Origin: an uncultured Bacteroidota bacterium
GTDB lineage: Bacteria; Bacteroidota; Ignavibacteria; Ignavibacteriales; Ignavibacteriaceae
Assembly: GCA_963740945.1 (NCBI GenBank)
Contig: CAVUGE010000029.1
Span: forward strand, 6,066-70,065
Direction: 5' to 3'
Length of the DNA stretch: 64,000 nt
The translations under genes and the position numbers were made by a program. Within the stretch, counting starts at the first letter, position 1; the number at the start of each line of letters is the position of its first letter. A model generated the notes under the pieces. It did not search any database, was not told where the DNA came from, and was given only the letters and a program-made list of their open reading frames with translations. Positions 56,673 to 64,000 of this stretch are shown piece by piece.

Positions 56673-58271
56673 TTGGAGAATAATACAGTGAAAATACAAA
56701 ACATAATTATCGGAATTCTTGTATTAGTTATAGCAGTAATTTCATACCTATGGCTTGGAAGTTCAAGTAAAAGCAGCGCGGCTAATATTAGTAACAGTTC
56801 CAAACAAACTGCACAAAAAGAGAGAAAAGTACTTTACTGGCGTGCACCCATGAATCCAAGTGAGGTTTATGATCATCCTGGCAAATCGAAAATGGGAATG
56901 GATTTAGTACCTGTTTATGAAGACGAAGCTTCAGGCAATGGTGTTGTAACAATAAGCGGTGCAGTTCAACAGAATATGAATGTTAAAACTGCAGTTGTGG
57001 AAGACAAAGATTTAAGCTCTCAGGTGGTTACTAATGGGATTCTCATTGTTGATGAGCAGAATGAATATATTGTTACTACAAGAGTAAATGGCTGGATAGA
57101 AAAATTATATGTGAACTATACAGGTCAAGTTGTCAATAAAGGTGAAAAATTGATGGACATTTATTCTCCTGAGCTCGTAGCAGCTGAACAAGAATTGCTG
57201 ACAGCCCTTTCTTATCAATCTACAGTAAAAAATTCTAAGATTAATGAAGCCGCTGCAAGCGGAGATGAATTGTTAAAAAACGCAGTTGCAAAATTAGAAT
57301 TGCTTGAAATCCCTGATAATGAAATTGAAAGGATAAAAGAGACAAAAGATGTAAAAACATATATGACACTTTATGCTCAAAAAAGCGGTACTGTTATATT
57401 GAAGAATGTTGTGGAAGGTCAGAAAATTATGGCTGGCGCACCTTTGCTTCATATTGCAAACCTTTCGAATTTATGGTTAACAGCCGATATCTATGAATAT
57501 GAACTCCCTAAAATAAAATTAGGTTCACCGGCTGATATTACTTTTAATTTTTTCCCTGGTAAGACTTTTAGAAGTAAGATTTCTTTTATCTACCCCACCC
57601 TTGATAATAAAACAAGAACTATTAAAGTTAGGTTTGATATGCCGAATTATAATAACGAACTAAAACCTTCGATGTTTGCTAATGTAGTTATAAAAGGAAG
57701 AAGCCTTGAAAATTACCCGGCAGTTCCAGAACAGGCAGTGTTAAGAAGCGGCCAGAAAAATATTATTATACTTGATTTGGGTAACGGTAAATTCAAACCT
57801 ATAGAAGTAACACTTGGCGATTATTCGGATGGATATTACCAGGTTCTTAAAGGAATTGCTTTAGGTGATACAATTGTTACATCTGCACAATTCCTAATTG
57901 ATTCCGAAAGCAACCTCAGAGCAGCATTATCTCAATTTAGCAGTTCATCAAAAAAAGATTCAATGAATATGGGAACAAATAAGGAAGATAAAACAGGTTC
58001 CATGAAAAATAAGGATATGAAAAAAGGACCGGATATATCTGCATCTTCTGAATCAGCATCTTCTGAAAAAGATCCCCGTGTAAGAAAAGGAGTAATAGAC
58101 CTTTCTGCAATTGATAAAAATAAAGATGGAAAGCTTTATGAAGATATTATGGATTGGAACGTTATTTCCGATGAACCGGGAACATGTCCGTTATGCGGGA
58201 TGACCCTTAGAGAATTCACTATTAAAGAAGTGAAAGAAAATTTAACCAAACATGGATTTAGTTATAAGTAA
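56673..58271 (+). CDS. cusB: RND efflux periplasmic adaptor (CusB-like) with Met-rich linker and C-terminal CPxCGM domain
   Basis: N-terminal helix, adaptor blocks (YWRAPMNP...GKSKMGMDLVPV, barrel-sandwich and beta-barrel regions). The last ~110 aa are an extra tail (DSMNMG...GSMKNKDMKK...IDLSAIDKNKDGKLYEDIMDWNVISDEPGTCPLCGMTL). GTG at 56688, preceded by GGAG, is an alternative start. Confidence 0.8.
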   Translation: MENNTVKIQNIIIGILVLVIAVISYLWLGSSSKSSAANISNSSKQTAQKERKVLYWRAPMNPSEVYDHPGKSKMGMDLVPVYEDEASGNGVVTISGAVQQNMNVKTAVVEDKDLSSQVVTNGILIVDEQNEYIVTTRVNGWIEKLYVNYTGQVVNKGEKLMDIYSPELVAAEQELLTALSYQSTVKNSKINEAAASGDELLKNAVAKLELLEIPDNEIERIKETKDVKTYMTLYAQKSGTVILKNVVEGQKIMAGAPLLHIANLSNLWLTADIYEYELPKIKLGSPADITFNFFPGKTFRSKISFIYPTLDNKTRTIKVRFDMPNYNNELKPSMFANVVIKGRSLENYPAVPEQAVLRSGQKNIIILDLGNGKFKPIEVTLGDYSDGYYQVLKGIALGDTIVTSAQFLIDSESNLRAALSQFSSSSKKDSMNMGTNKEDKTGSMKNKDMKKGPDISASSESASSEKDPRVRKGVIDLSAIDKNKDGKLYEDIMDWNVISDEPGTCPLCGMTLREFTIKEVKENLTKHGFSYK

Positions 58272-58531
58272 TGAGCAAAGATATATTTGGGTATAAGAGT
58301 ATATGGTATAGGGCTATAATGGATTTCTTCAAAATGAAATCTAATTTCCCAAACGTCATGCCGGAAAAAAATCTTGTCTCTGTGGCTCTCTCTGAATTCT
58401 CTGTGCCGCTCTGTGTAACTGTTTTTTTAAAGAGGAACACAGAGCCCACCAAGAACCTCAAAGAAATGCCAATATACCTTGTACCTTTTCCCCAAGTCCG
58501 CAAGTTGATTTTAAAAACATGGAGAAATTAA
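58272..58531. repeat. 260-bp non-coding insert between cusB and cusA containing repeat-like sequence and a hairpin
   Basis: Low-complexity CTCTGTG-type words, a degenerate GTCAT...AAATCT core-like stretch, and hairpin GCTCTGTGT (58408-58416) / ACACAGAGC (58437-58445). Confidence 0.5.
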
Positions 58532-61500
58532 ATGACAACAGATAATCCGGCTAAAGACGGAATAATTACTAAAATAATTGAATGGTCAATTAATAATAAA
58601 ATATTGATTATCATTTTGACATCGGCATTAATATTAGGCGGCATCTGGGCTATTGAAAATACACCGATAGACGCTATCCCGGATTTAAGTGACGTACAGG
58701 TAATCATATTTACTAGGTACGAGGGACAGGGACCCCAGATAGTTGAAGATCAGGTAACATACCCGCTGACTACAAAAATGTTATCTGTTCCGTATGCTAA
58801 AGATGTAAGAGGATACTCATTTTTCGGTTTCTCAATGGTATATATAATCTTTGAAGATGGTACCGATCTTTATTGGGCAAGAAGCAGAGTGCTCGAATAC
58901 TTAAGTTCGATGCGGAGTTCTTTGCCTGAAGGTGTTTCACCGGAATTAGGACCGGATGCTACCGGTTTGGGCTGGGTATATCAATATGCATTAAAATCAG
59001 ATAAAAGAAGTTTACAGGAATTACGAACTATTCAGGATTGGTTTCTCCGGTATGAACTAACCGCAATCCCGGGTGTTTCAGAAGTTGCGAGTATAGGAGG
59101 ATTCGTTAAGCAATATCAGGTTAATGTTGACCCCACAAAATTAGCTTCCTACGATATTCCATTAAGTAAAGTAAGGATGGCAATAAAAGAGAGTAACAAT
59201 GATGTAGGGGGAAGGTTGATGGAAATGGGTGAAACCGAGTTTATGGTTAGAGGATTAGGATATATCAAAAGTGTTGATGATTTAAAAAATATTGCTATCG
59301 GAAAAGACAAAAACAGCGGTACTCCTGTTTATTTAAAAGATGTAGCCAATATAGACATTGGTCCTGAACTAAGGAGAGGTTTAGCTGACTTAAACGGCGA
59401 AGGAGAAGTTGTAGGTGGAATAATAATTCAAAGGTTTGGAGAAAATGGTTTAGCTGTAATTAACAAAGTAAAACAAAGACTAAAAGAATTACAGGCGTCC
59501 CTACCACCTGATGTACAGATAGTGCCGGTTTATGACAGGTCAACACTTATACACAAAGCAGTTGATAATCTTGGCAATAAACTTATGGAAGAGGGATTAA
59601 TTGTCGCTTTAGTTATTATTCTTTTTCTTCTGCATTTCCGCAGCTCGCTTGTTGCAATTTTTACATTGCCCACCGCAGTACTGGCAGCACTGCTTGTAAT
59701 GAAACTCCAGGGACTAAATGCAAATATTATGTCACTTGGTGGAATTGCAATAGCTATCGGAGCTATGGTTGATGCAGCTATAATAATGGTAGAGAACTCG
59801 CACTCCCATATTTTGCATAACCAGCTTTTACCAGTAGATAAGCAGAGACCTCACTGGGCTGTTATCCTTGAATCATCAAAAGAAGTAGGTCCATCTATAT
59901 TTTATTCACTTTTGGTAATTACAGTTTCATTCCTTCCGGTATTTACTTTAGAAGCACAGGAAGGAAGGCTATTCAAACCATTAGCATTTACTAAAACTTA
60001 TTCAATGGCAGCAGGTGCAATTCTTGCAATTACAATTGTTCCCGTGTTGATGGGTTACTTCATACGCGGTAAAATGAAAAAAGAAGACGATAACCCTATT
60101 ACTAGGTTCTTAATGAATATATATCACCCTGTTGTAGATTTTGTAATGAAAACTCGCTGGTGGGTTATCGGGATTTCAATAATCATAGTCGCTATTACAT
60201 ATATACCCTTCACAAAGTTAGGCTCAGAGTTTATGCCTCCATTATATGAGGGGGATCTTTTATATATGCCAACAACCCTACCTGGAATATCAATTACAAA
60301 AGCCAGGGAAATTCTTCAACAAACTGACAGGATTATAAAAACATTCCCTGAAGTTAAAACAGTATTCGGTAAAATCGGCAGAGCGGATACCCCTACAGAC
60401 CCAGCACCATTATCAATGATTGAAACAACGATACAACTAAAGCCTGAGGATGAATGGCCTTCCGGGATGACACGCGAAAAACTTGTGGATGATTTAAATG
60501 CGGCAGTAAGTATTCCCGGTCTTACCAATGCCTGGACGATGCCGATCAAAACAAGAATAGATATGCTTTCAACGGGAATAAAGACTCCGGTAGGAATAAA
60601 AATAGCTGGCCCTGATTTAAATGTATTGCAAAATATAGGGAAACAGATTGAAGGGATAGCAACAACAATCCCTGGTACTCGATCAGTATATGCAGAACGT
60701 TCGGTTGGCGGCAACTATGTAGATTTTAATATAAACAGAGACGCTATTGCCAGGTACGGATTAACAATTAAAGATGTTCAGGATGTCTTTATGTCTGCTG
60801 TTGGTGGAATGAATATTACAAAAACCGTAGAAGGATTGGAACGTTACCCGGTTAATTTAAGATACCAAAGAGATTATAGAGAAAATATAGAAGCATTAAA
60901 AAGAGTCCTGGTTCCATTACAGGGCGGTGGCAATATCCCGCTTGATGAGTTAGGCGATATAGTAATTAAAAAAGGTCCCCCGGTAATTAAATCTGAGAAT
61001 GCAAGACTTAATGCCTGGGTATACATTGATATAGAAAATATAGATGTAGGTACCTATGTAAAGGATGCCCAGAAAATTATCAATGAAAAGTTAAAGCTGC
61101 CAGAGGGTTATTCAATAATATGGAGCGGACAATTTGAATATATGGAAAGTGCCGCAAAGAAATTAGCATTAGTACTACCCATAACATTATTAATAGTAAT
61201 ACTACTTCTTTACTTCAACACTAAATCTTTTATTAAAACAGGTATCATTCTTCTTGCGCTTCCATTTTCAATGGTTGGTGCGGTATGGTACCTTTATTTT
61301 GCAGGATTTAATTTAAGTGTAGCCGTTTGGGTTGGTATTATTGCACTCCTTGGTATTAGCGCGGAAACAGGTGTAGTGATGTTACTCTATCTTGATATAG
61401 CATATGAAAACTGGAAAAAAAGAGGGGATTTAAAATCATTTGCCGATTTAAGATCATCAATTTTCGAAGGTGCAGTAAAAAGAATACGGCCTAAAATGAT

Positions 61501-61714
61501 GACCGTGCTTGTTTTATTCTTTGGTTTACTTCCTATACTAATCGGGCATGGGTCCGGTGGTGATGTAATGAAAAGAATTGCAGCTCCAATGGCGGGAGGT
61601 ATTTTCACAAGTCTTATTATGGAACTAACTATCTTCCCCGCAATCTTTTATATTCTTAAAAGAAGAGAAATGAGAAAAAATAATATGCTAACAGAAACGA
61701 ATCAGGAGAGTTAA
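58532..61714 (+). CDS. cusA: CusA/CzcA-family heavy-metal efflux RND transporter, CusA-like (Cu/Ag)
   Basis: 1060 aa, 12-TM RND layout. Blocks closely resemble my recollection of E. coli CusA around its three-Met site (GDLLYMPTTLPGIS; APLSMIETTIQLKP; MPIKTRIDMLSTGIKTP). Confidence 0.85.
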   Translation: MTTDNPAKDGIITKIIEWSINNKILIIILTSALILGGIWAIENTPIDAIPDLSDVQVIIFTRYEGQGPQIVEDQVTYPLTTKMLSVPYAKDVRGYSFFGFSMVYIIFEDGTDLYWARSRVLEYLSSMRSSLPEGVSPELGPDATGLGWVYQYALKSDKRSLQELRTIQDWFLRYELTAIPGVSEVASIGGFVKQYQVNVDPTKLASYDIPLSKVRMAIKESNNDVGGRLMEMGETEFMVRGLGYIKSVDDLKNIAIGKDKNSGTPVYLKDVANIDIGPELRRGLADLNGEGEVVGGIIIQRFGENGLAVINKVKQRLKELQASLPPDVQIVPVYDRSTLIHKAVDNLGNKLMEEGLIVALVIILFLLHFRSSLVAIFTLPTAVLAALLVMKLQGLNANIMSLGGIAIAIGAMVDAAIIMVENSHSHILHNQLLPVDKQRPHWAVILESSKEVGPSIFYSLLVITVSFLPVFTLEAQEGRLFKPLAFTKTYSMAAGAILAITIVPVLMGYFIRGKMKKEDDNPITRFLMNIYHPVVDFVMKTRWWVIGISIIIVAITYIPFTKLGSEFMPPLYEGDLLYMPTTLPGISITKAREILQQTDRIIKTFPEVKTVFGKIGRADTPTDPAPLSMIETTIQLKPEDEWPSGMTREKLVDDLNAAVSIPGLTNAWTMPIKTRIDMLSTGIKTPVGIKIAGPDLNVLQNIGKQIEGIATTIPGTRSVYAERSVGGNYVDFNINRDAIARYGLTIKDVQDVFMSAVGGMNITKTVEGLERYPVNLRYQRDYRENIEALKRVLVPLQGGGNIPLDELGDIVIKKGPPVIKSENARLNAWVYIDIENIDVGTYVKDAQKIINEKLKLPEGYSIIWSGQFEYMESAAKKLALVLPITLLIVILLLYFNTKSFIKTGIILLALPFSMVGAVWYLYFAGFNLSVAVWVGIIALLGISAETGVVMLLYLDIAYENWKKRGDLKSFADLRSSIFEGAVKRIRPKMMTVLVLFFGLLPILIGHGSGGDVMKRIAAPMAGGIFTSLIMELTIFPAIFYILKRREMRKNNMLTETNQES

Positions 61715-61715
61715 A

Positions 61716-61835
61716 ATGAAAAAAATAGTAGCTTATATAAGGCATGAAAAAGCCGATATTGTGTTGAAAAAGCTATTCGTATTAAAACCGGAAAAGTTAA
61801 TGATATCGAAAATCTTTAAAACATATAACAAATAA
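61716..61835 (+). pseudogene. 39-codon ORF resembling the N-terminus of a P-II-like protein (possible remnant)
   Basis: MKKIVAYIRHEKADIVLKKLFVLKPEKLMISKIFKTYNK. The first ~20 aa resemble the beta1-alpha1 start of P-II-family proteins (MKKIEAIIRPEKLD...). Too short to be a full P-II fold. Confidence 0.25.
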
Positions 61836-61849
61836 AAAGGAGAAAAAAA

Positions 61850-62233
61850 ATGAAATGCAAATCGACCAAAAATCTTTTAACAATTCTTTTTGTCATAATG
61901 CTTTCGGCTTCATTTACCGTTGCACAAACCACGGATTCTATGAAAATGGATCACCAAAATATGCAAAACATGAATATGAAAAACGATTCGACTGGAACTA
62001 TGAAAATGGACTCGGCAGCAAGTGTAAAAAATTCAATTGTTCGAGAAGGTATCATTGATTTAAAAGCAATTGATGAGAATAAGGACGGAAAAGTTTATCA
62101 GGATGCGATGGATTATAATGTAATCTCAGATAAACCAGGCACATGCCCCCTTTGCGGAATGACTTTAAAAGAAGTCTCTCTAAAAAAAGCAAAAGAAGCA
62201 CTTTTAAAAAGCGGCTATAAAGTAAAAGAGTGA
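61850..62233 (+). CDS. Secreted Met-rich protein with CPxCGM domain, paralog of the CusB C-terminal tail (candidate periplasmic Cu/Ag chaperone)
   Basis: Strong RBS (AAAGGAG), signal peptide, Met-rich stretch (DSMKMDHQNMQNMNMKNDSTGTMKMD), then GIIDLKAIDENKDGKVYQDAMDYNVISDKPGTCPLCGMTLKE, about 40 of 60 residues identical to the CusB tail by hand alignment. Confidence 0.7.
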   Translation: MKCKSTKNLLTILFVIMLSASFTVAQTTDSMKMDHQNMQNMNMKNDSTGTMKMDSAASVKNSIVREGIIDLKAIDENKDGKVYQDAMDYNVISDKPGTCPLCGMTLKEVSLKKAKEALLKSGYKVKE

Positions 62234-62281
62234 TCATATTAGGATTTCTCTTGTCAATCGGAAAGTATGCATTTATAATTG

Positions 62282-62301
62282 CCCCGACCTTCAGGTCGGG
62301 G
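62282..62301. terminator. GC-rich hairpin at the end of the efflux operon
   Basis: CCCCGACC-TTCA-GGTCGGGG, followed by GTTATT (weak T tract). A second small hairpin GGGCT-TT-AGCCC lies at about 62335-62346. Confidence 0.5.
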
Positions 62302-62420
62302 GTTATTAAAACACTCAAAACAAAAGGGCTTTAGCCCATTAATTACCTCTCGACATGATAGTTTAATCATAAATTTGACTTTTTACATAACGACTTAAAA
62401 TGCGTTATGCCGCTGCCCTT

Positions 62421-62723
62421 TTAACTAACCTTCTTTAATTTCTTTACTTCTATTTTTAGTCTATCTTGAAGTCTGTCCTTTTCCACTTCTAAATTGTATC
62501 GCATCTGTAAATTCAACCAAAACTTCTCTGATAAACCAAAATACACGGATAGTCTTAATGCGGTATCTGCAGTTATTGCTCTTTTCCCCAATACTATTTC
62601 GTTTATTCTTCTTGCAGGAACATTTATATCCTTTGCCAAACGATATTGACTTATTTCCATTGGAATTAAGAATTCTTTAAGTAATATTTCACCAGGATGG
62701 ATTGGTTCTATTTTTCTACTCAT
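62421..62723 (-). CDS. higA: HigA-family antitoxin (XRE-type HTH)
   Basis: PIHPGEILLKEFLIPMEISQYRLAKDINVPARRINEIVLGKRAITADTALRLSVYFG matches the HigA/VapI HTH pattern; immediately downstream of the toxin gene. Confidence 0.85.
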   Translation of the reverse strand: MSRKIEPIHPGEILLKEFLIPMEISQYRLAKDINVPARRINEIVLGKRAITADTALRLSVYFGLSEKFWLNLQMRYNLEVEKDRLQDRLKIEVKKLKKVS

Positions 62724-62728
62724 AATTT

Positions 62729-63016
62729 TTATCCTTTATGATAATCTACAATTTCCACTTCATATGCACTATTGTCTTTCCAGCTAAATACTATTCTCCA
62801 TTGGTCATTTATTCTTATACTGTATTTCCCAGACAAATTTCCAAATAATTTTTCAAGTCTATTTCCAGGTGGGACTTTTAAATCTTCTAGTCTTTCTGCA
62901 CCATCTATGAGTAACAATTTCCTATAAGCAACTCTATGTATTGTTGATGGTAGTTTTCTTACAAGTCTTCGATTAAATAAATCTTCTGTTGATTTATCTG
63001 AAAAACTATTTATCAT
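62729..63016 (-). CDS. higB: HigB-like toxin (RelE/ParE superfamily, plasmid-maintenance killer type)
   Basis: 95 aa. ...LKVPPGNRLEKLFGNLSGKYSIRINDQWRIVFSWKDNSAYEVEIVDYH matches the HigB pattern. Toxin-first gene order is typical of HigBA. Confidence 0.85.
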   Translation of the reverse strand: MINSFSDKSTEDLFNRRLVRKLPSTIHRVAYRKLLLIDGAERLEDLKVPPGNRLEKLFGNLSGKYSIRINDQWRIVFSWKDNSAYEVEIVDYHKG

Positions 63017-63225
63017 ATGAGATAATAATAACGCTTTACGTTATCATAATCAAGTTTTACTGTTCGAACTATCCTAATTTTTATTTCTTTTTCCAGAACA
63101 TTACTCACTACTAGTCCTGACACAGCTTCGCCGCATAACTCACACCCGTTTGAAGATAAGGAATATTTTAGATGATTGTTTTTAGAAAAGATCCGATAAT
63201 TCGCCCGCTTTTTTTTTAGGAACAT
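63013..63225 (-). CDS. Hypothetical 70-aa ORF translationally coupled to higB
   Basis: The stop overlaps the higB ATG (ATGA). No family recognised; could be spurious or a remnant. Confidence 0.3.
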   Translation of the reverse strand: MFLKKKRANYRIFSKNNHLKYSLSSNGCELCGEAVSGLVVSNVLEKEIKIRIVRTVKLDYDNVKRYYYLI

Positions 63226-63383
63226 TTCAACTTATATCGAAAAAAAATTAAGTTAGCGTAATGAAAAGACGATGATTTAATAGAGTTAGGGATATTAATT
63301 TTTAATTCTATTCATATATGAAAAATTCATTTCCTTTTTTCTCCTTTATTTTTATCTTTATAAAGTTTCAATTAAGAAATAAA

Positions 63384-64000
63384 ATGAATAATGATCATAT
63401 AAAAGAGCTATCACTTTTAAAGAAATATCAGGCTTTACTTGTTGAAAATGATAAATTAAAAGCCGAAAACAAAAAATTAAAAGATCAGCTTGACACTATA
63501 AATTATCCAGCAAATAATTTAGATGAAATTGAATTAGCACCTTCTGTTGTTAATGAAAAAATAATCCCAGAGTTTCCAGCTGTATCCCAATCAAATTATT
63601 TTGTAACTTCAATAAATAAATACAGTGAACCTCAAGAAAAAATTAAACTTTTTATGTCGTTTTTTAGGGGAAGGGAGGATGTTTATGCTAAAAGATGGCA
63701 AAATAAGAATGGAAAATCCGGATATTCACCAGCCTGTTTTAATGAATGGAAAATGGGTATATGTAATAAACCAAAAATAAAATGTTTCGAGTGCTCTAAT
63801 AAAGCTTTCGAAACATTAAATGATAAGGTAATTGAAGCTCATCTAAAAGGAAATATTGTTGCAGGAATTTATCCAATGTTATTAGACGATAATTGCTATT
63901 TTTTGGCAATAGACTTTGATGAGGAAGGGTGGAAAAAGGATATATCTGTACTTGGAGATGTCTGTAAGGAACATGATATTTCTTCTGCTGTTGAACGTTC
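63384..64000 (+). CDS. Archaeo-eukaryotic primase (AEP/PrimPol)-domain protein, N-terminal part (3' end outside window)
   Basis: ATG at 63384, frame open to the window end. Coiled-coil N-terminus, then FFRGREDVYAKRWQNKNGKSGYSPAC...CNKPKIKCFECSNKAF...IVAGIYPMLLDDNCYFLAIDFDEEGW. The hhhDFD acidic motif and preceding blocks resemble N-termini of large AEP-helicase proteins annotated as conflict-system AEP domains. Confidence 0.55.
   Translation, partial: MNNDHIKELSLLKKYQALLVENDKLKAENKKLKDQLDTINYPANNLDEIELAPSVVNEKIIPEFPAVSQSNYFVTSINKYSEPQEKIKLFMSFFRGREDVYAKRWQNKNGKSGYSPACFNEWKMGICNKPKIKCFECSNKAFETLNDKVIEAHLKGNIVAGIYPMLLDDNCYFLAIDFDEEGWKKDISVLGDVCKEHDISSAVER

Noticed and set aside
58107-58142. 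EF-hand-like calcium loop in DKNKDGKLYEDI (also DENKDGKVYQDA in the 127-aa paralog)
   Set aside because: The D-x-N-x-D-G start fits, but position 12 is Ile/Ala rather than the required Glu/Asp, and no flanking helices are evident. Insufficient to call a Ca-binding site.
58271-58531. 86-aa ORF between cusB and cusA
   Set aside because: Its sequence is built from repeat-like DNA (CTCTGTG words, hairpin 58408-58445), and the translation (..VALSEFSVPLCVTVFLKRNTEPTKNLKE..) looks like the read-through products typical of such elements. There is no RBS context. Treated as non-coding spacer.

Overview
Visibly AT-rich, gene-dense 64-kb chromosomal segment, mostly plus-strand. A T9SS C-terminal sorting domain, a TonB-dependent receptor, LpxA/KdsB, MORN/YwqK lipoproteins and a small HYC_CC_PP-like protein ahead of a CusCBA pump suggest a Gram-negative FCB-group bacterium, possibly Ignavibacteria-like (inference only). 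Most genes are housekeeping: recO, htrA, nrnA, pepA, plsC, gatC, kdsB, gap, pgk, recQ, hbd-ackA, lpxA, mutS, aroF-tyrA, aguB-aguA, dnaB. Accessory content: (1) a TAT-exported PaoABC-like molybdoenzyme operon with MocA and XdhC maturation genes; (2) a CusCBA copper/silver efflux operon whose adaptor has a Met-rich, CPxCGM-containing C-terminal tail that recurs as a stand-alone secreted protein after cusA; (3) a VapBC-like toxin-antitoxin pair between aroF and tyrA; (4) at the right edge, a HigBA module divergent from the 5' part of an AEP primase-polymerase-domain gene cut by the window end. I recognised no rRNA, tRNA, CRISPR array, transposase or integrase. Non-coding highlights are a 17-unit, 52-bp tandem array in a divergent promoter region, two families of MITE/REP-like palindromic elements sharing a hairpin core, and two apparent single-base frameshifts in T runs (TonB receptor signal peptide, an esterase). 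I found no complete, convincing novel multi-gene system. The best leads are the tandem array, the truncated HigBA/AEP islet, an orphan asparagine-synthase-like gene without the Cys nucleophile, and the CusB-tail paralog. Nothing was database-searched: all calls rest on reading the translations and the DNA.
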